DNA of 39,706 nt from Bacteroidales bacterium (GCA_029934705.1 JAOZLS010000003.1:1-39706); one strand, 5' to 3'; shown: positions 9,282 through 18,627, counted from the first letter of the stretch. A program made the numbers and translations. Notes: a model not told the origin generated them from the letters alone.

Positions 9282-9310
9282 AAAAAAAACCAGAGAATAT
9301 CTCTGGCTTT
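9282..9310 (-). terminator. Intrinsic terminator for 9335..10024
   Basis: CCAGAGA-ATA-TCTCTGG stem; the A8 run gives a U-tail on the minus strand. Confidence 0.7.
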
Positions 9311-9334
9311 CTATTATATTTCAATAAATACGGA

Positions 9335-10024
9335 CTATTCTATTCTTGCCCATTGTGTTTTAATTTCACTTTGCAACTGTACAAGATGTTCTTTATTAAA
9401 GCTTTTAGAATAAATTCTTATGAAATCAAAAATTCCTTCTTCATTATATAATGTAAACTGAGCTGCATCAAATAAAGGTAGTTGTTTTGAATTTCTAACA
9501 TTTTTAATCATACAAGTAAATTTTTTCCAACTTAATTTATCTTGAACAGCTATATAGAAGAAAAAATCATCTGATCCTGAATAAATATCATCAGATAAAG
9601 GTTCAATAACTGCAAACTTTCGTACCTGAATGCGACTAGTGTACGGTTTTACAGTAGTTGTTTTCAAAAACTCAATTCCAGATTCCTCAATATATATTAA
9701 TAAGTCGTCTATTTTTGTTACATCACTAATAATTATTGCTATACAAGGAGTCATCTTATTTAAAAGACGTAAATGAGAATAATTCATGCTAAAGTCAAAA
9801 TCAACTTTGGCTTTTATTTCCATATTTAATCTTACAACCCTATTTTCAATACATTCATTTGACGACTTAATCATCAAAAATATTTTTTCGGGCACCTCCA
9901 TTCCTTTCCTGTTAGAAGAGTAATAACCTGGAAAAGGCATTTCACTTCTTAATACTAATCCCTTACTACATACAGTACAAACATTTAATTGTTCTTCTTT
10001 TTCAATACAGCCTAGTCCTTTCAT
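9335..10024 (-). CDS. Hypothetical cytoplasmic protein
   Basis: 229-aa ORF with its own terminator, PFPGYY motif and an N-terminal CxxC; no family recognised. Confidence 0.75.
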   Translation of the reverse strand: MKGLGCIEKEEQLNVCTVCSKGLVLRSEMPFPGYYSSNRKGMEVPEKIFLMIKSSNECIENRVVRLNMEIKAKVDFDFSMNYSHLRLLNKMTPCIAIIISDVTKIDDLLIYIEESGIEFLKTTTVKPYTSRIQVRKFAVIEPLSDDIYSGSDDFFFYIAVQDKLSWKKFTCMIKNVRNSKQLPLFDAAQFTLYNEEGIFDFIRIYSKSFNKEHLVQLQSEIKTQWARIE

Positions 10025-10156
10025 ATTTTATAAATTATATATGTGTATAAATACTAATGTTTTTGCAAATATTAATTATGTAACTAAATTAACGATAATT
10101 CTAAATATTAACAAATTTAATTCTAAATATTTTACAAAACCTTGTAATAAAATAAG

Positions 10157-10164
10157 TACCTTTG
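10157..10164 (+). promoter_or_regulatory. -7 element (TACCTTTG) for the Crp/Fnr gene
   Basis: TAnnTTTG match 36 nt upstream of the ATG. Confidence 0.5.
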
Positions 10165-10200
10165 TATTAAATAAAACATTTATAATATAATTATACCTTC

Positions 10201-10890
10201 ATGCCCAGATTATCAAAACCAGAAAGTTGTAGTAGATGCCCATATAGATGGAAATACATGGACTTGTTAGGACTACCAAATATAGATAAAATCCAAAACA
10301 ATTGCATTATTATTAAATTTAAAAAAGGAGAAACAATTTGCAAGCAAGGTACAGAAGTTACTCATGCATTATATTTGGCAAAAGGTGTTGTAAAATTATA
10401 TATTGAAGGGAAAAAGAATTTAATTCTAAAATTAATTAAAGGAGGAAGTTACATTGACCTACAAACTTTATTTGGCGACAAAAGATACAAATACTCGGTA
10501 GTTGCAACTGAAGAAAGTATGGTTTGTATGACTCCTATTGATTTAATGTTAGATTTAGCAAAAGAAAACTCTGAATTCCTATTTGAATTAACAAAAACAA
10601 TAAGCAATACTACTAACTTTGTATATCAAAAAATAAGTGATTTAAATAGGAAGCACCTTCGTGGACGACTTGCTGACACATTAATTTATCTTTCTGAAGA
10701 GATATACATGTCCAACAATTTTCACTTAACATTAACAAGAAACGAATTAGCAGAATTCTCATCTATGTCTATGGAAAATGCGGTTCGTATTTTAACTGAA
10801 TTTCGAAAAGACGAAATAATTAGTTTGAACGGACGAGAAATGGAAATAATTCACCCCGAAATGCTTGCTAGGATTAGTGAACTTGGATAA
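10201..10890 (+). CDS. Crp/Fnr-family transcriptional regulator
   Basis: cNMP-binding-like domain (FKKGETICKQG...KGVVKLY), RGRLADTL, HTH LTRNELAEFSSMSMENAVRIL; N-terminal CSRC. Confidence 0.92.
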   Translation: MPRLSKPESCSRCPYRWKYMDLLGLPNIDKIQNNCIIIKFKKGETICKQGTEVTHALYLAKGVVKLYIEGKKNLILKLIKGGSYIDLQTLFGDKRYKYSVVATEESMVCMTPIDLMLDLAKENSEFLFELTKTISNTTNFVYQKISDLNRKHLRGRLADTLIYLSEEIYMSNNFHLTLTRNELAEFSSMSMENAVRILTEFRKDEIISLNGREMEIIHPEMLARISELG

Positions 10891-10905
10891 AGAGAAAAAC
10901 TTTCC

Positions 10906-11928
10906 CTACATTAATATATAGCCAACTGTTTTTAATTCTTTAATTGTACCGTCAGGCATTAGTATTTCTACATTTTTGATATAAAAATTACTTCCTTCTG
11001 TTAAATTCCTTATAAAATTTATTTGATGAGGAGTAAAGTTTTCAGAACTCGACGATTTGCCAGCATTCCCTATATAAACATCCGAAATAATAAAACTTTT
11101 AATTTTGTATTTATCACTAGGAATGTTTTCATGAAACATAAGAGATAAACAGCCTGCAAGCAATACTTGGTCTTTAGAAATTAAACCTCCAGGGTTACTT
11201 TGAATAGATATATAAGGTACAGGAAGTTCTTTTACAACAAATTCTTTTGATAATTCCTCTACTATATTATTTGAACTATCTTTAACTACAGCTTTTATTG
11301 TAACAACACCCAATGTATCAGCTATAAAATAGAAAGCTCCTTCGCTGTATTCCAAACGCCCAGTGTTAGCGGTAACAGTTTGTTTATATGAATCATCTAT
11401 TAAAGATTCTATTATTAACTTGTTTTTCATTCCCATAAATAATGCTTCCTTTGGTAAAAAAGCATTTTTATCTGGCAATTCAATTTCGGTAGTATCGCCT
11501 ATTATTAATGATAAAACTCCAACGGCACAGCCAGACTTCCCTTCTATAAAAGATAACAGAATATCATAAGAGCCACTTCGCCGACAATAAAACTCAAATG
11601 ATTGTTTATACTCTTGTGTTTTTAAATTAAGTGTACTTCCTTTTAGTTTACTATTTTTAAATAGCTGAAGCACTACCCTACCCTCATACTCTCGGGCGTT
11701 GGCAACATTAAATTTATATTTGTATCCGGCCTTTAAAAAGGTAGAGTATTTGGCGACTCGCACTGGTTGAGAGGTTTTTGTTTTATCAAATTTTACTTTA
11801 AATTCTTTTAAAAATAAAACATCTTCGCCTGAATTGCTTACTGCAATTTGAACTAATGAATCGTTGCATTGAGAAAAAGTTTCTAAAAATGCGAACAATA
11901 ATATAGAAAATATAAAAAATTTCGTCAT
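10906..11928 (-). CDS. Secreted protein: unknown N-terminal domain plus GldM/PorM C-terminal-like Ig domains
   Basis: Signal peptide (…TFSQ). The C-terminal half resembles the GldM C-terminus (ALFMGMKNKLII…FVVKELPVP…YKIKSF…NFYIKNVEILMPDGTIKEL). Confidence 0.6.
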   Translation of the reverse strand: MTKFFIFSILLFAFLETFSQCNDSLVQIAVSNSGEDVLFLKEFKVKFDKTKTSQPVRVAKYSTFLKAGYKYKFNVANAREYEGRVVLQLFKNSKLKGSTLNLKTQEYKQSFEFYCRRSGSYDILLSFIEGKSGCAVGVLSLIIGDTTEIELPDKNAFLPKEALFMGMKNKLIIESLIDDSYKQTVTANTGRLEYSEGAFYFIADTLGVVTIKAVVKDSSNNIVEELSKEFVVKELPVPYISIQSNPGGLISKDQVLLAGCLSLMFHENIPSDKYKIKSFIISDVYIGNAGKSSSSENFTPHQINFIRNLTEGSNFYIKNVEILMPDGTIKELKTVGYILM

Positions 11929-12054
11929 AGCTTTTTATTTACTCTTAGGTGTTTCATCTGTTTATAAATTATTTAAAAGGTTAGATGCGACACCCGCATG
12001 CTAGCTTTTTATGTGTTTACTTGTATAAAATTGCAATAATAATTTCCCTATGTG

Positions 12055-13224
12055 TTAATTCTTAATTATGGGTGTTTCATTATATCTTATTACGGTTTTT
12101 ATCATTACATTAAATCTTTTTTTACTCGTTTTAAACCATGTGTGAGACAATGAGTAATGCCAAGTGTTATTTTTCCCAAAACGATTATAACAAAGTCGCT
12201 GTCCATACTCGGTTAAAGTATTTTTTTCTTCTGAAATATTATTAAAATCGCTATTTGTAAAGTAGTTATTAAAATCATTTGGGAAAACGCCCTCAATTGC
12301 GACAAAAAAGCCATTTAACGGTAAATAAATATCATAAGACGATATATCAATTTCAAACCAAGAGCTATTACCAACGGGTTTTACAACCAAAATATCGTGA
12401 AGTAAATCTTTTCCTGGTTTATTATTTTTATCACTCTCATAAATCCTTATTCTAAAGGGTGCATAAGCATTTCCATTATCAGATAACTTATATTTTATTT
12501 TTATTATTTTTCCTTTCCTTGCTTTCTTGTTTTTAATATACAAAGCAGTTTGCTGTCCGTGTGTATCGATATACATAGAGCCTGTTACTAGTGGACTTCT
12601 GTTTCCAAACACAACTATTTTATAATTAGGTTCTATTATTTCAACTCCATCAATTTTAAATTCTTTTTTTTTAAGATAGATAATAGCATCAGTATTTAGT
12701 CTTTTTATTGGAATTTCAATTTTATTATAGCTAAAAGCATATATAATAAGAGTATCGGTACTTATATCTTTGTCTAAATCTATTTCAAATACACCTTTAC
12801 TATCTGATATAATAAATTCATTTGCATTTTTAATTTTTACTGTAGAAAAAGGAACTCCCACATTTGCCTCTCTATCAATTATTTTACCTTTATAAATTTT
12901 AGTTTGAAAAACCTTTTTTGCTTCTATTAAAATAATTTGATTTGAATAACTTATAAATCGAATACTTGTATTTGCAAAAACTGATATTAACAAGTATTTC
13001 AGCGTTTTATCTTCAACATTAATACTTACTTTTGTTTGTAATTCTGAAATATTTGAATCATAAGAAAAATCTATATTATGCTTTGTATTCAAATCTGCTA
13101 TTATATTTAATATTGATGTGTTTTTATAATTAACACTTAGCTTGGTTAATAATAAATCGCCTTGCGAATAGCAACTTTTCAGTGCAATAATGCTAAAAAG
13201 TATTATTATATTAATTTTTAGCAT
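12055..13224 (-). CDS. Exported STN-domain plus carboxypeptidase-regulatory-like domain protein (no TonB-dependent barrel)
   Basis: Signal peptide, STN-like segment (LSVNYKNTSI…FSYDSN…VSINVEDKTLKYLL…NQIIL), CarboxypepD_reg-like (GKIIDRE…VPFSTVKI…SDSKGVFEI); only 389 aa; overlaps the fecR stop. Confidence 0.75.
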   Translation of the reverse strand: MLKINIIILFSIIALKSCYSQGDLLLTKLSVNYKNTSILNIIADLNTKHNIDFSYDSNISELQTKVSINVEDKTLKYLLISVFANTSIRFISYSNQIILIEAKKVFQTKIYKGKIIDREANVGVPFSTVKIKNANEFIISDSKGVFEIDLDKDISTDTLIIYAFSYNKIEIPIKRLNTDAIIYLKKKEFKIDGVEIIEPNYKIVVFGNRSPLVTGSMYIDTHGQQTALYIKNKKARKGKIIKIKYKLSDNGNAYAPFRIRIYESDKNNKPGKDLLHDILVVKPVGNSSWFEIDISSYDIYLPLNGFFVAIEGVFPNDFNNYFTNSDFNNISEEKNTLTEYGQRLCYNRFGKNNTWHYSLSHTWFKTSKKRFNVMIKTVIRYNETPIIKN

Positions 13225-14194
13225 TATTTGATTTTATTATAATAACGTTATTTACAGTATCAATATTCAATTGCATTGTTATTTCTAATAATTTAAGAAT
13301 TTCGTTTATTTCTACATTTTTAAACTCTTTTGTTGTATTAAATTTTCTGTCTTTTATTGTAGCTAAAACTTTGATTTCTACTCCATAATGCTTTGATAAA
13401 TCGCTAGCAACATTTTCTAATCTAATGTTTGAAAAGGATAATTCTCCAGTTTTCCACGACATATAGTTAACATTGTAAGTGTTGTCTTTTGTAAACAAGC
13501 CCGTATTCCTATTCATAGTAACAAGCTCATTCTCAACAAGAAGACTTGAATTACCTGTGTTTACATTTGTAAATTCAACTTTACCTTTAGTCAAGTTTAA
13601 TTTAATTTCAGTTTTATTTGTTTTCAAATTAAACTGAGTTCCTAGCACACGAGTTTCGGAATTAAATGATTTTACAATAAATGGTTTTGACTTATTATGT
13701 GCTACTATAAAATAGGCTTCACCTTCAAAATCGATAAGTCTATCTTCTTCGTTAAAATCGGAATTGTAAGAAATAGTTGTATTTTTATTTAACCAAATAA
13801 CTGTACCATCGGCTAGTTCTATTTTTTTTATTTCGTCATTAGTACTAATAACGGTAGTTGCGTGATTGTTAGATAAATAAACGAACGAAAATATTGAGAT
13901 AAACAGACCTACAACCAAAACTGCTGCAATTTTATAGGCAAGTGGTGTTATATGAAATTTAGGTTTAGACTGAGTAATTTTTTCTGTAACTTTATTTAGT
14001 GCTGCCTCGGTTTTATCAGAAAAATCAGGAATAGCACTTTCTGTATTTGAAAATATTATTTTCAAATCATTATATATATTGCGGTTTTCAGCACTTTCAT
14101 TCAAAAGTTTTTTCAATAATACTTTTTCTTCTTCTAAAATTTCTTTAGAAAATTCTTTTGCTGCAAGTTCAAATATTTGATTATCGTTTTTCAT
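13211..14194 (-). CDS. FecR-family anti-sigma factor
   Basis: Single TM (YKIAAVLVVGL), LADGTVIWLN, EGEAYFIVAHNKSKPFIV, VLGTQFNL, SWKTGELSF. Confidence 0.93.
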   Translation of the reverse strand: MKNDNQIFELAAKEFSKEILEEEKVLLKKLLNESAENRNIYNDLKIIFSNTESAIPDFSDKTEAALNKVTEKITQSKPKFHITPLAYKIAAVLVVGLFISIFSFVYLSNNHATTVISTNDEIKKIELADGTVIWLNKNTTISYNSDFNEEDRLIDFEGEAYFIVAHNKSKPFIVKSFNSETRVLGTQFNLKTNKTEIKLNLTKGKVEFTNVNTGNSSLLVENELVTMNRNTGLFTKDNTYNVNYMSWKTGELSFSNIRLENVASDLSKHYGVEIKVLATIKDRKFNTTKEFKNVEINEILKLLEITMQLNIDTVNNVIIIKSNNAKN

Positions 14195-14294
14195 ATAAGT
14201 TTTGGTTCTTCTATACTAAATTGCTGTTATAATTGTGATTTTTAAAATGAATTATTATAATAGCATTTTAGTATTAATAACTAGAACCTTTTTT

Positions 14295-14326
14295 TATTAA
14301 GACATTGTTTAAAATTAAAACCCTCA
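14295..14326 (-). promoter_or_regulatory. Putative ECF-sigma-dependent promoter for fecR (TGAGGG-N16-TGTCTTAATA)
   Basis: G-rich -35-like and TGTC -10-like boxes immediately after the sigma gene in AT-rich DNA; resembles my recollection of Bacteroidota sigma/FecR promoters. Confidence 0.4.
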
Positions 14327-14335
14327 AAAAATAAA

Positions 14336-14893
14336 CTACGAATCGTAAAATATTTTTAAATATGGTTTAAGAATTTTCCTTATTTTTTTTAATGCTATGC
14401 CAATATGGTTTTCTACAGTTTTTTGAGAGATATTCAAATAGATAGCTATTTCTGCATAAGTCAAACCATCGTCTCGGCTAAGTGTATATACCTGAGCGGT
14501 TTTAGGTGGAAGTTGCTCAATACTTTCTTCATAAATATGCTTAAATTCCTGGGAGTTAAACTCTAGTGATTCGCCTGAAAAATGTTTTCTGTCTATAGAG
14601 TTGCTTCCATGAAACTCTCTTAGCTTTATTTTTTTTATTTCGTTAAGCGAAAGATTCTTTACCGAAGTGTAAAGGTATGATTGTAACGAAGTAATTATTT
14701 TTATCTTTTTTTTCTTTGTCCATAAATTAATAAACATGCCTTGCACAACATCTTCTGCTATATCTGCATCTTTCACATACGTGTAGGCAAAGCGGCATAA
14801 TTGAGAATAGTATTTTCTAAAAATTATGTCATAAGAATCTTTATTGCCCTCTGCTATTCTGTTAAAAAGATATATATCGTCCTTTTCTTTCAA
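14336..14893 (-). CDS. ECF RNA polymerase sigma-70 factor (Bacteroides-expansion/FecI-like)
   Basis: Region 2 AEDVVQGMFINLW…SYLYTSVKN; region 4 LPPK…LSRDDGLTYAEIA…SQKTVENHI; TTG start. Confidence 0.93.
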   Translation of the reverse strand: MKEKDDIYLFNRIAEGNKDSYDIIFRKYYSQLCRFAYTYVKDADIAEDVVQGMFINLWTKKKKIKIITSLQSYLYTSVKNLSLNEIKKIKLREFHGSNSIDRKHFSGESLEFNSQEFKHIYEESIEQLPPKTAQVYTLSRDDGLTYAEIAIYLNISQKTVENHIGIALKKIRKILKPYLKIFYDS

Positions 14894-14914
14894 ATTTTGT
14901 TTTTTTAAAAAACA

Positions 14915-17011
14915 TTATTCTGCTTGAGTGTTTTTGCTAATATCAATTGGGATTGTAAACCACAGTTTAGAGCCTTTATCTTGCTCCGATTCTAAACTCA
15001 TTTTTCCACCTAATAAATTCACCAAGCCTAATGAAATTGACAAGCCCAAGCCTGTTCCTCCATATTTTTTACTAATAAACTCTTCGGATTGTTGAAATCG
15101 GTCAAAAATTAATTTTTGTTTTTCCTTTCTTATTCCAATTCCTGAGTCTTTTACATAAAATGTTATGAGTTTTTCGGTACAAGTTGCTCCTAACTCTACA
15201 AAACCTGTTTCAGTAAATTTTATTCCATTCTGAATTAAGTTCGTTAATATTTGACTTATCCTATTTTCATCTGAAATAATACTAATATCTATGTCGCAAG
15301 TCTTGGTAAAAATAAGTTCAAGACCTTTTTCTTCGACCATTGGGGTGAAGATAGCAAATAACCTATCAAGCAATTTCTTAACATTAAATTTTTCGGGATA
15401 AATTTTAAGTTGTCCCACTTCTAATTTTGAAATTTCAAGTATATCATTTATTACTGTAAGCAGCTGATTACCGCTCGAATCAATAACTTCTAAATATCTT
15501 TTTCGTTCTTCTTTAGTTAATAAGTCATTATCTAATAATTGTGAAAAGCCTAATATACCATTAAGTGGTGTTCTTATTTCGTGAGACATATTGGCCAAAA
15601 ATGCTGATTTTAAGCGGTCTGCTTCTTCTGCTTTTTCTTTTGCATGAAGTAAATTCTGTTCGGCTTCTTTTTTTTCCGATATATCCTCTACAATTCCTTC
15701 ATGATACATAAATTGTCCTGAACTATCATAAAAAGCTGTTGCATTTTCTCGTATATGAATTATTTTTCGGTTATTATTCATCCAACGACTCTCAAAACCT
15801 ACAACTTCTCCTTTTTCTCTAATTATTTTATTAAAACGAAGTTTATCTTCAATATTTGCGTATCCTATATTTATTTTATTACTCGATATTTGGGCAAATG
15901 ATGTAAAACCAAGCAATTTTATTAATGCTGGATTTGCCATAATTATTTCACCTTTGGAGGATACTCTATAAAAGCCTAGTGCTGAATTATTATATATTGA
16001 TTTAAAACGTTTTTCGCTACTTTCTAAATCTTCTTGAGCTGATTTACGTTTTGTAATATCTGTAACATAACCATAAAAGTTAGTAATATTCATGTTTTCA
16101 TCATAAATTTGTGTTACAAATTGAGATAGCCAAATAATACTTCCATCTTTTTTTATTACTCTATAATCATCAACACTAAAATTTAAAATATTATGACTTT
16201 GTGCGGATTCTAAAGCTTTCCTTGGAATATCTACGTCTTCTGGATGTATAATTGATTTATAATGTATTTTTCCCGACAAGAATTCAGTATCGGTATAGCC
16301 AAAAATTTCTTTAACATTTGGCGAAACATATTCAATAGGCCAATTTGCACTATTTCCCCAATGAAAAACTACAACGTTACCACTCATAAACATGCTTCGT
16401 TCTTTAAGCAAGCTCAAATAAAGTTTGTAGTTTTCTCTTTCTGATGATTTTCTTTTACTTATGTCAAACCAAATTTCACCAATATATTTTACATTTCCAA
16501 ACTTATCTTTTATAGGAAAAAACCTTAGTTCTTTATAAATATTTGCAACAGAATCCCAAACTTCTTTCTTTACAAATGTACTAAATTTATTCACCGACTT
16601 AACAGGACAAAAATCGCAGGGTGTAGTTCTATTATAATGTAAATTATAGCATTTAGTAGTAGAAGAATCTATATCTTCAAATTTATTCTTATTTGTTTTT
16701 ATAATATTAAAATCATCATCTAAAATAATTAAATTTCCGGGCATAGCATCTAACACACTTTCATATAAAGTTTTTTGCTCTTCTATTTTATTCTTTAAAA
16801 CAGAAACATGGTCATAACTTTCTTTTAAAGCGTCGTTTGATGTTGCCAGCTCTTCATTAGAGGCTCTTAATTCTTCATTAAGTAGTGTATATTCTTGAAA
16901 TAAATACTCTGGTAACTCTTCTTCATTAGTATCTTGTTGCTTAACATGCAGAATATTCTCTAATTCTCTTACTCTCAGCCTTAAAACATCAATTTCAGAT
17001 AATGAATTCAT
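14915..17011 (-). CDS. Cytoplasmic multi-PAS sensor histidine kinase
   Basis: Three PAS-like segments; H-box FLANMSHEIRTPLNG; N, G1 and G2 boxes (NGIKFT, DSGIG, GGTGLGL); no TM and no receiver domain. Confidence 0.92.
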   Translation of the reverse strand: MNSLSEIDVLRLRVRELENILHVKQQDTNEEELPEYLFQEYTLLNEELRASNEELATSNDALKESYDHVSVLKNKIEEQKTLYESVLDAMPGNLIILDDDFNIIKTNKNKFEDIDSSTTKCYNLHYNRTTPCDFCPVKSVNKFSTFVKKEVWDSVANIYKELRFFPIKDKFGNVKYIGEIWFDISKRKSSERENYKLYLSLLKERSMFMSGNVVVFHWGNSANWPIEYVSPNVKEIFGYTDTEFLSGKIHYKSIIHPEDVDIPRKALESAQSHNILNFSVDDYRVIKKDGSIIWLSQFVTQIYDENMNITNFYGYVTDITKRKSAQEDLESSEKRFKSIYNNSALGFYRVSSKGEIIMANPALIKLLGFTSFAQISSNKINIGYANIEDKLRFNKIIREKGEVVGFESRWMNNNRKIIHIRENATAFYDSSGQFMYHEGIVEDISEKKEAEQNLLHAKEKAEEADRLKSAFLANMSHEIRTPLNGILGFSQLLDNDLLTKEERKRYLEVIDSSGNQLLTVINDILEISKLEVGQLKIYPEKFNVKKLLDRLFAIFTPMVEEKGLELIFTKTCDIDISIISDENRISQILTNLIQNGIKFTETGFVELGATCTEKLITFYVKDSGIGIRKEKQKLIFDRFQQSEEFISKKYGGTGLGLSISLGLVNLLGGKMSLESEQDKGSKLWFTIPIDISKNTQAE

Positions 17012-17074
17012 AATAATAATTTATTTTGAATTGTAAATTTATAATAAATTTATGAAATAAATAGTTTTAAAATC

Positions 17075-17082
17075 TACATTTG
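17075..17082 (+). promoter_or_regulatory. -7 element (TACATTTG)
   Basis: TAnnTTTG match upstream of the symporter ATG. Confidence 0.5.
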
Positions 17083-17108
17083 CATAATTTTATTTAAAAA
17101 AAGCATAA

Positions 17109-18566
17109 ATGAGCCCATTATTAATTTTTACTGTAATTAGTATATATTTCGTATTTTTAATACTTATATCCTATATAACTGGCAAGAAAAGCAACTTTGC
17201 TTCTTTTTTTACTGCTAACCGAAAATCGCCTTGGTATTTAGTTGCGTTTGGTATGATTGGTGCATCTCTTTCGGGTGTTACTTTTATTTCAATTCCGGGC
17301 GAAGTTGGTAAAAGTAATTTTACATACTTTCAAATGGTTTTGGGCTACCTTGTAGGCTATTTTGTTATTATTAAAATTCTACTTCCATTGTATTACAAAC
17401 ATAATTTAGTTTCAATTTACACATACTTAAAAACTCGCTTTGGCTTTTGGTCTCACAAAACCGGTTCCGCATTTTTTATATTATCTAGGGTTATTGGTGC
17501 ATCTTTTAGGTTATTTCTTGTTGCAAATGTTTTGCAAATAGGACTTTTTAATGCACTTGGTATTCCTTTTTATGTAACAGTACCTATAACAATTGCACTT
17601 ATTTGGGTATATACTTACCGGGCAGGTATAAAAACAATTGTTTGGACAGATACTTTACAAACTCTTTTTATGCTAGTTGCCGTTGTAGTAAGTATAATTA
17701 TTATTGCTGGCGAACTAAACCTAAATACAAGCCAACTTATTGATAAAATACGAGAAAGCGAAATGTCAAACATTTTTGATTGGGATATAAATTCTCCAAC
17801 AAACTTCTACAAACAATTTATTGCAGGTGCTTTAATTGCGATAGTTATGACAGGATTAGACCAAGACATGATGCAAAAAAACTTAACCTGCAAAAATTTA
17901 AAAGAAGCTCAAAAAAATATGTTCTGGTTTAGTATTGTTCTTGTTCCTGTAAATTTACTTTTCTTATCATTAGGTGCTTTATTATATATTTACTCTAACG
18001 AAATGGGCATAGAAATCCCAACAAACACTGATAATTTATACCCTTTACTTGCTTTTAATAACTTTTCAGTTTTTGCAGGAATTACTTTTCTTTTAGGAAT
18101 TACAGCAGCTGCATTTTCCAGTGCTGACTCTGCTCTTACAGCCCTTACAACCTCATTTGCTGTGGATATTCTTGAAATAGACATAACTAAAAACTCAAAA
18201 AAAGCCCGAAGAACCAAAATACTTATACATATCATGTTTTCTATATTATTATTTGCAATAATATTAATTTTTAATAGTATAAATAAGCCAAGTGTTATAA
18301 CGGCAGTATTTAAGGCAGCATCCTACACTTATGGACCAATTTTAGGAATGTTTATGTTCGGAATTTTTACAAAACTTAAATCAAAAGATATTGCAATACC
18401 ATTTATTGCTATAAGTTCTCCTATAATATCATATTTTTTAAATATATATTCCGAAGAATTATTAAATGGATATAAATTTGGATTTGAACTACTTGGAGTA
18501 AACGCTATTATTACATTTTTAGGCATGCTTGCATTTGCAAATTATAAAGCTAAGTTTACAAAATAA
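17109..18566 (+). CDS. Sodium:solute symporter (SSS family)
   Basis: About 13 TM helices; SLSGVTFISIPG, GIKTIVWTDTLQT, GLDQDMMQK, AAAFSSADSAL. Confidence 0.92.
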   Translation: MSPLLIFTVISIYFVFLILISYITGKKSNFASFFTANRKSPWYLVAFGMIGASLSGVTFISIPGEVGKSNFTYFQMVLGYLVGYFVIIKILLPLYYKHNLVSIYTYLKTRFGFWSHKTGSAFFILSRVIGASFRLFLVANVLQIGLFNALGIPFYVTVPITIALIWVYTYRAGIKTIVWTDTLQTLFMLVAVVVSIIIIAGELNLNTSQLIDKIRESEMSNIFDWDINSPTNFYKQFIAGALIAIVMTGLDQDMMQKNLTCKNLKEAQKNMFWFSIVLVPVNLLFLSLGALLYIYSNEMGIEIPTNTDNLYPLLAFNNFSVFAGITFLLGITAAAFSSADSALTALTTSFAVDILEIDITKNSKKARRTKILIHIMFSILLFAIILIFNSINKPSVITAVFKAASYTYGPILGMFMFGIFTKLKSKDIAIPFIAISSPIISYFLNIYSEELLNGYKFGFELLGVNAIITFLGMLAFANYKAKFTK

Positions 18567-18619
18567 TATAAATTTATAAAACCATTACAAAAATTGCAAC
18601 AAATTTGAATTCTTTTGCC

Positions 18620-18627
18620 TAAATTTG
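18620..18627 (+). promoter_or_regulatory. -7 element (TAAATTTG) for ruvA
   Basis: TAnnTTTG match 21 nt upstream of the ATG. Confidence 0.5.
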
